Translations under genes and position numbers: made by a program
Source: Eledone cirrhosa
Taxonomy: Eukaryota
Assembly: GCA_964016885.1 (NCBI GenBank)
Contig: OZ024762.1
Coordinates: 16,802,001 to 16,866,000 of the forward strand
DNA length: 64,000 nucleotides
Reading direction: 5' to 3'
The notes under the pieces: generated by a model
The model's database searches: none
Seen by the model: only the letters and a program-made list of their open reading frames with translations
Told to the model about the DNA's origin: nothing
Shown: positions 1 to 13,970 of the stretch, in pieces
Layout: every line of letters starts with the position of its first letter
How positions within the stretch are numbered: position 1 is the first letter of the stretch

Positions 1-190
1 TCATGACAAAAAGCACCCAGTCCTCACTGTAAATGAGGTTGGCATTAGTAAGGGCATTCAGCTGTAGGAACCAAGTCAGAAATCAGTTCTGTATGAGCAA
101 GACCTGGTTACCGGACCCAACATTGCCCACAACAGGACAGCTTGTCTAACCCATGTGAGTGTGGAAATATGGGCGCAAAACGATGATGAT
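1..190 (+). mobile_element. 3' part of tRNA/CORE-type SINE (family S1) with RTE-like (GAT)n tail
   Basis: Matches the 3' half of the full copy at 32439-32780 (AAAAAGCACCCAG...GAGGTTGG...CAGCTGTAG) and ends in AAAACGATGATGATGA. Confidence 0.7.
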
Positions 191-1385
191 GAATTATCGC
201 AATATCGAATCTATGAGATTTTGATATTTATTTTGAGAAGAACACCTTAACACAAGTGCCCAGTTATGACCAGTTTAAACAGAAAAAGGTGAGAGAATTC
301 TGGCCGGATATGGCCGGTTTAAATGTTAAAGGATTAATGAAAGTTCTTGCGTAAAATTATGATGGATAAATATAAAGACTTTAACCTTTTTGTTACCATA
401 TTTCTAATGAAAGACATTGCCAATGACTTTCAAATAATTTACAAAAGAATCAAGAATTTGGAGGGATTTAAAAACAAAAAATTTTCATTTTTAAGTCGCT
501 GTTTTAAACATAAAAGAAGGGTTCTTAGATGAAAATATGGTGGAAAGTTTTTAGATAAATATAAATACTTTAAAATAAACAGCTTAGTGTCACAAAACCA
601 CGGTTGGTTTCAGCCAGTTTCATATTGGGAGAGTTAATCTCTCTTCTACCATTCTTTGTCTAAGAAGAACAACAACAAATTTTGTAAAGGTTTCCACTTT
701 TAAGATTAAATCTGTCTGTCTGTCTCAGAATTTTTCTTTCTTTCTCTCTCTGAATGTTATGTATATCTATATATATGTACATATATATATCTCTATATAC
801 ATACATACATATATATCTCTATATACATACATACATATCTCTATATACATACACATATATCTCTATATACATATATATATACAGTATATCTATGTACATA
901 CATACATATAAATATATATCTATATACATATATATATATATACATATATATATCTATATATCTATATACATACATACATACATATCTCTATATACATACA
1001 TACATATATATATCTATATACATACATACATATCTCTATATACATGCATACATATCTCTATATACATACATACATATCTCTATATACATACATACATATC
1101 TCTATATACATACATACATATCTCTATATACATACATATCTCTATATACATACATATCTCTATATACATACATACATATCTCTATATACATACATATCTC
1201 TATATACATACATATCTCTATATACATACATATCTCTATATACATACATACATATCTCTACATACATACATACATATTTCTATATACATACATACATATA
1301 TATCTCTATATACATACATACATACATATATATATATCTATATACATACATATATATATATCTATATACATACATATATATCTAT

Positions 1386-1632
1386 CAACATCACACCAGG
1401 ACACGTCAAAACAGAAACTGACCACACAAAATTCAAGAAGTCTTTGGACAAATTCCTCCAAGTAATCCCGGACAAACCACCCACACCCGGATATGTCTCC
1501 GCAAACAGTAATTCTCTTCTCGAATGGGCCATGGTGCCCAAATCCTGAATTGAAAGACTTCGCCAGGTGGTGCTATTAAGTTAGACATGGCCTGGGCCAA
1601 TACTGGCCAAAACATTTCAAAGTTATTCAAAG
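1386..1632 (+). mobile_element. 3' terminal fragment of a CR1/L2-like LINE ORF2
   Basis: Translation [32 protein letters not shown] resembles the FK..LD.FL..IPD.P..PGY...SNSL C-terminus of invertebrate CR1/L2-group LINEs. Confidence 0.6.
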
Positions 1633-2640
1633 TTATCTATATATACATACATAAATATATATATCTATCTATATATACATACATATATATATATATCTAT
1701 CTATATATACATACATATATATATATATCTATCTATATATACATACATATATATATATATCTATCTATACATACATACATATATATATATATCTATCTAT
1801 ATATACATATATATATATATATATCTATATATACATATATATATATATATCTATCTATATATACATACATATATATATCTATCTATATATACATACATAT
1901 ATCTATATATCTATCTATATATACATACATATATCTATATATCTATATATACATATATATATATATCTATATATACATACATATATATATATCTATATAT
2001 ACATACATATATATATATATACATACATACATATATATATACATACATATATATATATATACATACATACATATATATATATCTATATATACATACATAT
2101 CTATATATCTATATATACATATACAAATATCTCTATATACACACATACATATATATATATCTATATACATAAATATATCTATATCTATATACATACATAT
2201 CTCTATATACATACATACATATCTCTATATACATACATACATACATATCTCTATATACATACATACATATCTCTATATACATACATACATATTTCTATAT
2301 ACATACATACATACATATATATCTATATACATACATACATATATATCTATATACATACATATATATCTATATACATACATACATACATGTATATCTATAT
2401 ACATACATATATATCTATATACATACATACATACATGTATATCTATATACATACATACATACATATATATCTCTATATACATACATACATATATATATCT
2501 ATATACATACATACATATATATCTCTATATACATATATGTATGTATATACATACATACATATATATATATACATACATATATATCTCTATATACATACAT
2601 ACATATATATATATATATATCTATATACATACATATATAA

Positions 2641-2776
2641 GGAGGCACATGGCTTAGCGGTTAGAGCATTGGCCTTGCAATCAAAAGGCTGTGAGTTCAA
2701 TTCTCAGACCGGGTGATGTGTTGTTTCCTTGAGCAAGACACTTTATTTCACATTGCTCCAGTTTACTCAGCTGGAG
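2641..2776 (+). mobile_element. 5' part of SINE S1 (tRNA head plus CORE-like segment)
   Basis: A box TGGCTTAGCGG, B box GAGTTCAATTC, CCTTGAGCAAGACACTT segment. Confidence 0.75.
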
Positions 2777-2890
2777 AAATACATCTATCTATATACATAC
2801 ATACATATCTCTATATACATACATATATATATATCTCTATATACATACATACATATATATATATATATCTCTATATACATACATATATAT

Positions 2891-3672
2891 ATGGTCGCTG
2901 CCAACTCGTTTTCGAGTATGGCCACTACCTTATATCCATGTAGGAGAACCCCTACCGATGCGCTAAACAAGTGTGACTTTTTAGTCCAGCCAGAGACTTG
3001 AAAACTCTGGTACAAACACTACACCTGCAACAATTATTGACACATAGTGCTGGGCCCATGGCACCACGTGACAACAAGTGCAGAGAGATCTCCAGATATA
3101 AAGCAATGCCTGTGCCGTGAAGCTTTTATAGTGAGCAAAGGCACTGCACAAAGCCAGTCCCACTCTCTTAACCAAGATGATATTTACCAAAAAGAAGAAC
3201 AAGTCAACATCATTGGATACCATCAGGGTTGCAGGTGTTATATCAGAGTTTTCCTTCTCCTAGAATTCTGCCTTGACAAAGGCTAAGGGGTCATCTCTCC
3301 CGGATATATATATACATACATACACATATATATATATATACATACATAGTGGCTGCCAACTCGTTTTCTAGTACGGCCACTACTTTATATCCATGTAGGA
3401 GAACCCCTACCAATGCGCTGAAAGAGTGTGACTTTTTAGTCCAGCCAGCAACTTCAAAACTCTGATATAAACACTACACTTGTGACAATTATTGACACAT
3501 AGTGCTGGGCCCTTGGTACCATGTGACGACAAGTGCAGAGTGATCTCCAGATATAAAGCAATGCCTGTGCCGTGAAGCTTTTATAGTGAGCAAAGGCACT
3601 GCACAAAGCCAGTCCCACTCTCTTAACCAAGATGATATTTATCCAAAAAGAAGAACAAGTCAACATCATTGG

Positions 3673-3707
<35 letters not shown>

Positions 3708-3910
3708 CATACATATATATCTATATACATACATACATATATATACATACATACATATATATATATCTATATACATACATACATATATATCTATATACAT
3801 ACATACATATATATATACATACATACATACATACATATATATACATACATACATATATATATATACATGGTGGCTGCCAACTCGTTTTCGAGTACGGCCA
3901 CTACTTTATA
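2891..3910 (-). mobile_element. Three partial copies (2891-3305, 3347-3675, 3868-3910) of an unclassified ~600-bp dispersed element (family X)
   Basis: Near-identical to 28247-28800, 30467-31078 and 33941-34550; always flanked by (TACA)/(TA) repeats. Confidence 0.75.
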
Positions 3911-3914
3911 TACA

Positions 3915-3945
<31 letters not shown>

Positions 3946-4774
3946 CTATATACATACATACATACATACATATCTATATACATACATACATATATATATA
4001 TATACATACATACATATATATATACATACATATATATCTATATACATACATACATACATACATATATATCTATATACATACATACATACATATATATCTA
4101 TATACATACATACATATATATCTATATACATACATACATATATACATACATACATACATATATACATACATACATATATATATATCTATATACATACATA
4201 CATATATACATACATACATACATATATACATACATATATATATCTATATACATACATACATATATATATCTATATACATACATATATACATACATACATA
4301 TATATATCTATATACATACATATCTATATCTATATACATACACATATATATATATATATCTATATACATACACATATATATATATCTATATACATACATA
4401 TATATATCTATATACATACACATATATATATATCTATATACATACATACATACATATACATACATATATCTATATACATACATACATATATATATATATA
4501 TCTATATACATATATATACATACATACATACATACATACATACCTCTATATACATACATACCTCTATATACATACATATATATATATATGAATATTTTAT
4601 CTCTCTCTCTCTCTCTAATCTGAGAGCCAACAATATTGATATAACATTCTAATCAAAACATCTTATCATATATAAACACAGCAGGTCAGAGAGAGTGGTG
4701 GTGGAGACTATGATGATGATGATGATGATGATGACACTGCTACTACTACTACTACTACTACTACTAATAATAAT

Positions 4775-5875
4775 AATTGTTTCTACTTTTGGCACAAGGC
4801 CAGCAATTACCCCAGTGCATTACTGGTACTTTATTTTATCGACCCCGTAAGGATGAAAGGCAAAGTTAACCTCGGCGGGATTTGAACTCAGAATGGCAAG
4901 GGCCGTAACTCTATGCGTCAAAGCATGGCGTCCAACCCTCTACCTATACTGCCAATTCACCGCGAGACTATGATGATGATGACACTGCTACTACTACTAC
5001 TACTACTAGTAATAATTGTTTCTACTTTAGGCACAAGGCCAGCAATTATCCCAGTACATTACTGGTACTTTATGTTATCGACCCCCGTAAGGATGAAAGG
5101 CAAAGTTAACCTCGGCGGGATTTGAACTCAGTCCGTAAAGGGACGCAACTCTATGCTGCATAGCATGACGTCAGATTCTCTACCAATACTGCCAATCCAC
5201 CGCCCTAATAATTGTTTCTACTTTAGGCACATGGCCGGTAATTACCCCAGTGTATTACTGGTACTTTATTTTATCGACCCCGTAAGGATGAAAGGCAAAG
5301 TTTACCTCGGCGGGATTTGAACTCGGATCATAAAGGGACGTAACTCTATGCTTCAAAATGATTTCTTATATAGGCACAGGGCCACCAATCCGAAGGGAAG
5401 GGTGAGGGGTCAATTACATTGTCCCCAAGCGCGTTACTGGTTCTTCAGTTTATCAACTCTCATAGAGATGGAAGGCAAAGCTAACCTCGGAGGGATTTGA
5501 TCTCAGAAGATAAAGGGCCATAACTCTATGCCACAAAGCATGTTGTCCGATGCTCTACCGATCCTGTCAATCTACCGCCATAACAACAATAATAATTGTT
5601 TCTGATTTAGGCCCAATGCCTTTTGGGGGAGGGGAAAGTCAATTAAATTGACCCCAGTGCATTACCGGTACTTTATTTTATCGACCCCATAAGGATGAAA
5701 GGCAAAGCTAACCTCGGTGGGATTTGAACTCAGACTGTAAAGGGCCATAACTCTAAATACCGACTCAGAATTGGTATGGGCATGTGCCTTGCAAAGTAAT
5801 GAACGAGGATATAAAGGGCCATAAGTCTATGCTACAAAGCATGGTTGTCTGACACTCTACTGACAATCTACCACC
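4775..5875 (-). mobile_element. Tandem cluster of about 5 tRNA-derived SINE S2 copies
   Basis: Repeated ACTGGTACTTTATTTTATCGACCCCGTAAGGATGAAAGGCAAAGTTAACCTCGGCGGGATTTGAACTCAG; the minus strand carries B box GAGTTCAAATCC. Confidence 0.8.
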
Positions 5876-6211
5876 CCCAACAACAACAATGATAAAATGC
5901 TAATTAAACATCATAAAACAGAGCACCATTGAGGAATACATAAAGCTGCCAACCTCATGTGAATGTTACATAAAAGGTCAGACAGAACTAAAAAGGACAT
6001 TCCTAATAAACTACTGCAGAACCTTCTGAATCTTTTATCTTGATTAAAACCTCCCATCTATGTCTATATATATATATATATATAAATACATAATCGGAGA
6101 AAGCTAATAGCAATACTCAGGTCAAATCCCAACTCACTCAACAAACATTAGGAAATACCTGAGTATATTCCCAATTAAACGTTCGGGGTGCTAACTAATT
6201 GTATATATATA

Positions 6212-6476
6212 TTTAGGTTTGTTGGTTCACCACTGGATAGAACTGGTCATTCCGTATGGTCAATCTTGGTGTAATATTGTGGAGAGTACTCAACGTAGTG
6301 CAGTTCACCCGTCTTCGTTTGTGTAGTTGGTGGTGCGAATACGGAGTTAATTATAAATAAAATAACAGGAGGCTGGACTGGTGTAAATCCTTGAAAGGTT
6401 TATTATACCATGATCATAGCATAATAAACCTTTCAAGGATTTACACCAGTCCAGCCTCCTGTTATTTTATTTATAT
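6212..6476 (-). mobile_element. (TA)n-embedded fold-back element (family H) with ~55-bp inverted arms
   Basis: 6353-6408 is the reverse complement of 6421-6476; the spacer holds the near-palindrome CCATGATCATAG. Confidence 0.6.
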
Positions 6477-6579
6477 ATATATATATATATTTTTATTACG
6501 ATTGACTTTCGTCAAATCGGACCGAGGAAACAATGTTTCCGTTGGTCTTTCCAATTGCTAATACTATCTATTGGTTGCA

Positions 6580-6710
6580 ACTCCAGGTAGAAGGAGCAAC
6601 TTGAAATAAAGTGTCTTGCTCAAGGACATAACGCATCGCCCGGTCCGGGAATCGAACTCACAACCTCACGATTGTGAATCCAATTCTCTAACCACTCAGC
6701 CACACGCCTT
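6580..6710 (-). mobile_element. CORE-type SINE head (S1-related)
   Basis: AAGTGTCTTGCTCAAGG and GAATCGAACTC (B box on the minus strand). Confidence 0.65.
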
Positions 6711-7045
6711 ATATATACCAGGGGCGAAGGGTGCGTGCATGCATTATAGAATCTTCAGTTGATCAATTGTGTCGGTTGAAGCAAGCAGAATTTTGGCTGC
6801 TTACTAAATCGTAGACACATAAAAAGATAACACACACACACACACACACTAGATAACACACACACACACACACACTAGATAACACTAAATGTAGCTTTGA
6901 CTAGGAGGGTCATTTAGAGCGAATTGGGGAAGGGGAGGGGGGTAAGGCTACACATCCCCACTTTCCGCCATGGCAATTGGACTGCATGCCCTGCTTTCCA
7001 GGTTACCCTTCACCACTGATATGTACATATATATATATATATATA

Positions 7046-7096
<51 letters not shown>

Positions 7097-7103
<7 letters not shown>

Positions 7104-7165
7104 TGAGATTCTACAGGACTAGAACTGTTTCATTCATTAGAAATCATCAGGAATCTCATCTATAT
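7097..7165 (-). ncRNA. Type I hammerhead ribozyme (family A; element extends to ~7240)
   Basis: Minus strand: stem I AUAGAUGAGAUUC / CUGAUGA / UUUC-UAAU-GAAU / GAAA / CAG-UUCUAGUC-CUG / UA / GAAUCUCAUCUAU. Confidence 0.75.
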
Positions 7166-7354
7166 TAAAACTGTTATACTCTGCTATGTATTGAGTACCT
7201 TACTTACTGTGGTTACCTCCGATTCAACCCGGAATAACGTATATATATATATATATATATATTCCAGTTCCTCGTAGGAGTAACAACACACCCAAGAGCT
7301 GGACATACCAATGAATTGACAGAGTGGAACACATATTTATCTGTTCTTTCTACA

Positions 7355-7425
7355 TTAATTTGTACTGCCTGAAGAGGTCACAGCCAATAATGGCTGCCAC
7401 TGAAATATATATAACAGAGAATTTA
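7355..7425 (+). ncRNA. Degenerate minimal type I hammerhead (family F)
   Basis: CUGAAGA 7369-7375; stem II GGU..CAGCCA-AUAA-UGGCUG..ACU; GAAA 7402-7405; palindromic UAUAUA then UA; stem I weak. Confidence 0.5.
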
Positions 7426-7570
7426 TAATAAACAAAGCCAAATTTAATATGTTTGACTTATTTTACATTACTCCGGAGTAAACAAACCAACCTGGGTACT
7501 TCGTCTAGTGCTCCAGCCTGCAGACTGAGGGGTCGGTAAACAACCAACACACTCAAAAATTTATATATAT

Positions 7571-8235
7571 CATCATCATCACCACCATTTTACATCCGTT
7601 CTTCCACGCTAGCATGGGTTAGACAGGTTGTCTTGTTGTGGGCAGTGTCCGGTCAGCTGACTATGTCTTGCTCATACGGGAACTGATTCTGGCTGGATTT
7701 CTACAGCTGGATGCCCTTCCTAACGCCAACCTAATTTACAGTGAGTGCTGGGTGCTTTTTTGCCGTGGCACCTACACGACCACTTTGCAGTGGAATGATA
7801 TGGACCCCAGTCCCTATCATCTCATTTCTACAGCTGAGTAAACTGGAGCAATGTGAAATAAAGTGTCTTGCTCAAGGAAACAACATCACCCAGTCTGAGA
7901 ATTGAACTCACAACCTTTTGATTGCAAGGCCAATGCTCTAACCCCTATATATATAGTTCAATTCTCAGACCGGGTGATGTGTTGTGTCCTTGAGCAAGAC
8001 ACTTTATTTCACATTGCTCCAGTTTACTCAGCTGTAGAAACGAGATGATAGGGACTGGGGTCCATATCATTCCACTGCAAAGTGGTCGTGTAGGTGCCAC
8101 GGCAAAAAAGCACCCAGCATCACTGTAAATGAGGTTGGTGTTAGGAAGGGCATCCAGCTGTAGAAATCAAGCCAGAATCAGTTCCCGTCCCACCCTTGCA
8201 AGCAGGGAAAAAGCGGACGTAAAATGGAATGATGA
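7571..8235. mobile_element. Two SINE S1 copies head-to-head (7571-7945 minus, 7956-8235 plus) across a short (TA)n
   Basis: Both match 32439-32780, in opposite orientations. Confidence 0.8.
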
Positions 8236-8384
8236 TAAATGATATATAATCAAAGATTTATATTGTATTGGTTGATTACAATATTACAATAGATTAGAAG
8301 CACTCGACAAGTGATTTTCCAAATGTTAATAAATGAAAAATATTCTCACAATCAAAATATATATTTTATACATATTTAGAGTAA

Positions 8385-9491
8385 GGGTCAAACTAGATGA
8401 GATGCAGTTTGGTTTTGTGCCTGGGAAGAGTACAACAGATGCCCTCTTCTTGGTGAGACAATTACAAGAGAGGTTCTTAGAGAAAAATAAGCCACTATAC
8501 TTAGCCTTTGTTTGACCTAGAGAAGGCCTTTGATAGGGTATCCCGATCTGTCATCTGGTGGTCCCTAAGGAAACTAGGTGTTGAGGAATGGCTTGTGAGG
8601 ACAGTGCAAACTTTGTACAGAGGTACTGTCAGTAAAGTCAGGGTAGGAATGGAGTTTAGTGAGGAATTCCAGATACAAGTAGGAGTACATCAAGATTCGG
8701 TCCTCAGCCCGCTCTTGTTCATTATAGTCCTCCAAGCCAAAACAGAGGAGTTTAAGACTGGCTGTCCATGGGAACTTCGCTATGCTGACGATCTGGTTCT
8801 TATAGCAGAATCAGTAGAGGAGCTAGAGAATAAATTCTGGCTATGGAAACAGCAGTTGGAAGCAAGAGGAGTGAGAGTGAACCTAGCTAAGACAAAAGTG
8901 TTGATGAGTAGAAAAGAGGACAAAACTCTGATTCCGTCAGGGAAATGGCCATGTTCGATATGCAGAAAAGGAACTGGCATAAATTCTATAAAATGCACAC
9001 AATGCAGATCCTGGGTACACAAGAGATGTAGTGGCATAGCAAGCAAACTAACAGGTAGGGAGAAATACGTATGCAGTAGATGTACAGTGAAATTAGACAG
9101 TAGAAGTTGCATTGATAGACACATTTTTCCAATGCAGGCGGGTGCTATAGAAGTGGTGGATAGCTTCCGGTACCTAGGAGATCAGATTAGCATGGGAGGG
9201 GGGTGTTCCGAGGCCATACTATCTAAAATAAGGACGGATTGGAAGAAGTTTAGGGAGCCGCTTCTTCTGCTGATGAAGAAGGTTTTCTCCCTGCGTACCA
9301 AAGGCTGGTAATATGATGCCTGTGTGAGGAGCGCGATGCTGCATGGTAGTGAGACATGGGCAGCAACTGCAGAGGATATGCGATGGCTGGAGAGAAATGA
9401 GGCAAGCATGCTCCGTTGGATGTGCAGTGTAAATGTGACAACCTGTCTAACCCTAGCAGGGAAAATGGATGTTAAACGATGATGATGATGG
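8385..9491 (+). pseudogene. Decayed RTE-clade LINE ORF2 fragment (reverse transcriptase plus Cys/His finger) with (GAT)n tail
   Basis: QFGFVPGKSTTDALF, (F)DLEKAFDRV, GVHQDSVLSPLLF, YADD and FRYLG motifs; frameshift near 8510; stop at 9309-9311; tail AAAATGGATGTTAAACGATGATGATG. Confidence 0.92.
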
Positions 9492-9596
9492 TATATATAT
9501 ATATATATAACTTGTTGAGTGTTCTATATCAGTTATAAACATTATGTTTATAGGAATTCCAATAAATTAAATACAACTCCTACATATATATATATA

Positions 9597-9792
9597 ACAA
9601 AGGAATTGTGGTAAGGAACCAGATGGACCATAACGCACCTGAGTAGTCAATACTTAGGGTAGTAGAGTAGGAAATAGGAAAAAGTATAACCCCAACGGCA
9701 GAGCTCAAGCCGTTTCGACGACTATTTCTGGAGTCTAGAAATAGCCGTCGAAACGGCTTGAGCTCTGCCGTCGGGGTCATACTTTTTCCTAT
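9597..9792 (-). mobile_element. (TA)n-embedded fold-back element, family B (3' half-hammerhead)
   Basis: Palindrome 9675-9792; each arm reads GAAA-CGGC..GAGCUC..GCCG-UH; homologous to 40031, 47458, 59518 and 20610. Confidence 0.7.
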
Positions 9793-10641
9793 ATATATAT
9801 ATATATCTTGTGATTTAGTTTGACATAATTTCAGATACTGAATTTACATGAATATATAGATAGATAAATATTATTAATGCTTTGAATAAAGAGAACGGAG
9901 CTATGCTTATCTAAGAAAACATTTGTAAATAGATCCAGAACATTAAGACGAGGGTGAGGTGGGGGATAAGATAAGGGAGGGGGGAGGGAAGGAAATATAA
10001 GATAAGGGACAGATGTTGACTATTTACAAGCTGATAATAATTTTAGACTAATCACACACGCACACATATACATATATACACACACACACACACATATATA
10101 TATACACACACACGTATATATACACACACACGTATATACACTCACAGATACACACACACACACATATATATATATATATTTATACACACACACTCATTTG
10201 CCGGCATGTTGGATCTGATCGGTTGTGCAATGGAGGAAGGATTTTGAAAATAAAATTGGAATTTCTCAGATATTGAATATGAATAAAGCAGGCAGAGGAC
10301 ATCTTAATATGTAATGGAGACAGAGACGGAGAGAGAGACGGAGGGGGAGATAGAGAGAGAGGGGGGAAAAAGAGAGAGAAAGAAAGTGAGATAGATAGAT
10401 AGATAGATAGAGAGAAAGAGAGAGGACTTAATGGTGAAAGATTTTAGTTAAGTTATATAATGAAAAAAGATAAAAAATAAAAAGCAGCGACCCATTAAAT
10501 ATAAGATTTATGACTTTTTCAATTAGTACATTTTGATAAACATTTTACTTCACAGGCTACTAGGTGCAGAAATAGTTTTAAGAGAACTACCAATGAGAAC
10601 AACACAGCTCCTCTATATTTTTACATTTACTTCTAAAATCA

Positions 10642-10835
10642 TAATTGTTTCTACTTTTGGCACAAGGCCAGCAATTACCCAGTGCATTACTGGTACTTTG
10701 TTTTACTGACCCCCGTAAGGATGAAAGGCAAAGTTAACCTCGGCAGGATTTGAACTCAGAATGGCAAGGGCCGTAACTCTATGCTATAGAAAGCATGGCG
10801 TCCGACCCTCTACCGATACTGCCAATCCACCGCCC
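10642..10835 (-). mobile_element. SINE S2, full length
   Basis: Same sequence as the other S2 copies; flanked by the direct repeat CTTCTAAAATCATAAT (likely TSD). Confidence 0.85.
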
Positions 10836-10940
10836 TTCTAAAATCATAATCCAACCATAGAAGTAAGAGAATTATATCTATTATATCAAATGTAAAAACA
10901 ATGTTGTCTCTGAGCGAATCGAAGAGAGAGTCTATTTGAA

Positions 10941-11505
10941 TACAGTGTACCCCTGGCATTTGCGGTCCTGGTTATTCACAGAATTTTCCGTAGAAACCTA
11001 ACTGACAAAAGTAAAGATACACCTTTTTAGGGCATCATCTCAGAGAGTTGAGAAAGAATGACATTACATCTGGTTCAAATGAGAAGATAAATGTTGCACT
11101 AGATACATTGAGGTAGATGGAATTATCTCACAGATCAGTGTTCTCATCTTTAACAAAACTTCATCCTACACTTCTTCACCATTTCTTGTCTCCCTTAATT
11201 GTTCGTGCAAACCACCGCATATTTGTGGAATCGTAAATATCTTCCATGATTTTTTTAATGACCTTTTTCGTGGCAATATATGTTATTTTAATGCTAAATT
11301 ATTAATTACAAATATACTGTATTTGCTGGCCTATTGGATGCCCCTTCCCAGAAGACGCTCCCTTTTTTAAAATTATATTTTACATTATATTTTGATGTTT
11401 ATAGGCATTTTTATGGACCACGTCCAATATTCGTGGTTTTTAACTCTTTGCAGATGCTCTCAGAACATAACCCCCACAAATACCAGGGGAACAACTGCGT
11501 ATATA
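10941..11505. mobile_element. Tigger/pogo-like non-autonomous DNA transposon
   Basis: Left end TA-CAGTGTACCCCTGGCATTTGCG; its reverse complement resembles CACAAATACCAGGGGAACAACTGCGTA at ~11475-11501. Confidence 0.6.
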
Positions 11506-13638
11506 ACATAACCCCCACAAATACCAGGGGAACAACTGCGTATATAACATAACCCCCACAAATACCAGGGGAACAACTGCGTATATAACATAACCCCCAC
11601 AAATACTGGGGGAACAACTGCGTATATAACATAACCCCCACAAATACCGAGGGAACAACTGCGTATATAACATAACCCCCACAAATACTGGGGGAACAAC
11701 TGCGTATATAACATAACCCCCACAAATACCAGGGGAACAACTGCGTATATAACATAACCCCCACAAATACCAGGGGAACAACTGCGTATATAACATAACC
11801 CCCACAAATACCAGGGGAACAACTGCGTATATAACATAACCCCCACAAATACAGGGGGAACAACTGTGTATATAACATAACCCCCACAAATACCGGGGGA
11901 ACAACTGCGTATATAACATAACCCCCACAAATACCAGGGGAACAACTGCGTATATAACATAACCCCCACAAATACCAGGGGAACAACTGCGTATATAACA
12001 TAACCCCCACAAATACCAGGGGAACAACTGCGTATATAACATAACCCCCACAAATACTGGAGGAACAACTGCGTATATAACATAACCCCCACAAATACTG
12101 GAGGAACAACTGCGTATATAACATAACCCCCACAAATACCAGGGGAACAACTGCGTATATAACATAACCCCCACAAATACCGGAGGAACAACTGCGTATA
12201 TAACATAACCCCCACAAATACTGGAGGAACAACTGCGTATATAACATAACCCCCACAAATACCGGGGGAACAACTGCGTATATAACATAACCCCCACAAA
12301 TACCGGAGGAACAACTGCGTATATAAGATAACCCCCACAAATACCGGGGGAACAACTGCGTATATAACATAACCCCCACAAATACTGGGGGAACAACTGC
12401 GTATATAACATAACCCCCACAAATACCGGGGGAACAACTGCGTATATAACATAACCCCCACAAATACTGGGGGAACAACTGCGTATATAACATAACCCCC
12501 ACAAATACTGGGGGAACAACTGCGTATATAACATAACCCCCACAAATACCGGGGGAACAACTGCGTATATAACATAACCCCCACAAATACCGAGGGAACA
12601 ACTGCGTATATAACATAACCCCCACAAATACCGAGGGAACAACTGCGTATATAACATAACCCCCACAAATACCGAGGGAACAACTGCGTATATAACATAA
12701 CCCCCACAAATACCGGGAGAACAACTGCGTATATAACATAACCCCCACAAATACCGAGGGAACAACTGCGTATATAACATAACCCCCACAAATACCAAGG
12801 GAACAACTGCGTATATAACATAACCCCCACAAATACCGAGGGAACAACTGCGTATATAACATAACCCCCACAAATACCGAGGGAACAACTGCGTATATAA
12901 CATAACCCCCACAAATACCGGGAGAACAACTGCGTATATAACATAACCCCCACAAATACCGAGGGAACAACTGCGTATATAACATAACCCCCACAAATAC
13001 CGGGAGAACAACTGCGTATATAACATAACCCCCACAAATACCGAGGGAACAACTGCGTATATAACATAACCCCCACAAATACTGGGGGAACAACTGCGTA
13101 TATAACATAACCCCCACAAATACCGGGGGAACAACTGCGTATATAACATAACCCCCACAAATACTGGGGGAACAACTGCGTATATAACATAACCCCCACA
13201 AATACCGGGGGAACAACTGCGTATATAACATAACCCCCACAAATACCGGGGGAACAACTGCGTATATAACATAACCCCCACAAATACCGGGGGAACAACT
13301 GCGTATATAACATAACCCCCACAAATACCGGGGGAACAACTGCGTATATAACATAACCCCCACAAATACCGGGGGAACAACTGCGTATATAACATAACCC
13401 CCACAAATACCGGGGGAACAACTGCGTATATAACATAACCCCCACAAATACCGGGGGAACAACTGCGTATATAACATAACCCCCACAAATACCGAGGGAG
13501 CAACTGCGTATATAACATAACCCCCACAAATACCGGGGGAACAACTGCGTATATAACATAACCCCCACAAATACCGGGGGAACAACTGCGTATATAACAT
13601 AACCCCCACAAATACCGAGGGAGCAACTGCGTATATAA
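11464..13638. repeat. 41-bp minisatellite, about 53 copies
   Basis: Unit AACATAACCCCCACAAATACCGGGGGAACAACTGCGTATAT; variation almost confined to the ACCRGGG segment. Confidence 0.97.
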
Positions 13639-13970
13639 AAATGAGAAATATCATCGCTAGAACAGCCGTTAAAACAGTTAAATGCTATCAAAGACAGCAA
13701 TTAGCAAAAATGCCTCAGAAGAAAGAGACCAGTGACCAGTGGTCAACAGAGAGACAATCCACAAGGTGGGTGACAGGTAGATGATATATAGAAAACATTG
13801 AAAGAGCAGGAGGACAAGGGGAAGTGTGTTGGTGCACAGAAGTGACTGGAAGAAGGAAATAAAGAAAGGTGATGTACAAGACAAGTTCACACATACATCT
13901 TCAATGTCATCAGCTCTCAAACCAGGAAAATGGTTTCGCATGATTTAATCCATCATTATCATTATTATAA

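Larger units (their letters stand above)
755..4615. repeat. Compound (TA)n/(TACA)n/(TCTA)n microsatellite field with embedded TE fragments
   Basis: Directly visible; produces the Y/I/H/T pseudo-ORFs. Confidence 0.95.

Noticed and set aside
3047-3286. Recurrent 79-80-aa ORFs (MLGPW.../MVSNDVD...)
   Set aside because: They recur only because family X copies are near-identical; there is no recognisable domain and the frames are not kept in the diverged relative at 60690-61095.
754-4652. Long Y/I/H/T-rich ORFs (also 29019-30591, 33222-34065, 56320-57806)
   Set aside because: Microsatellite read-through.
11031-11112. Possible exon (TTTTAG|...|GTAGAT)
   Set aside because: Lies inside the pogo-like element and the donor is weak.
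11411-13700. Three overlapping ~740-aa minus-strand ORFs
   Set aside because: Translation of a 41-bp unit that happens to lack stops. The unit is not a multiple of 3, so all frames give the same permuted peptide.
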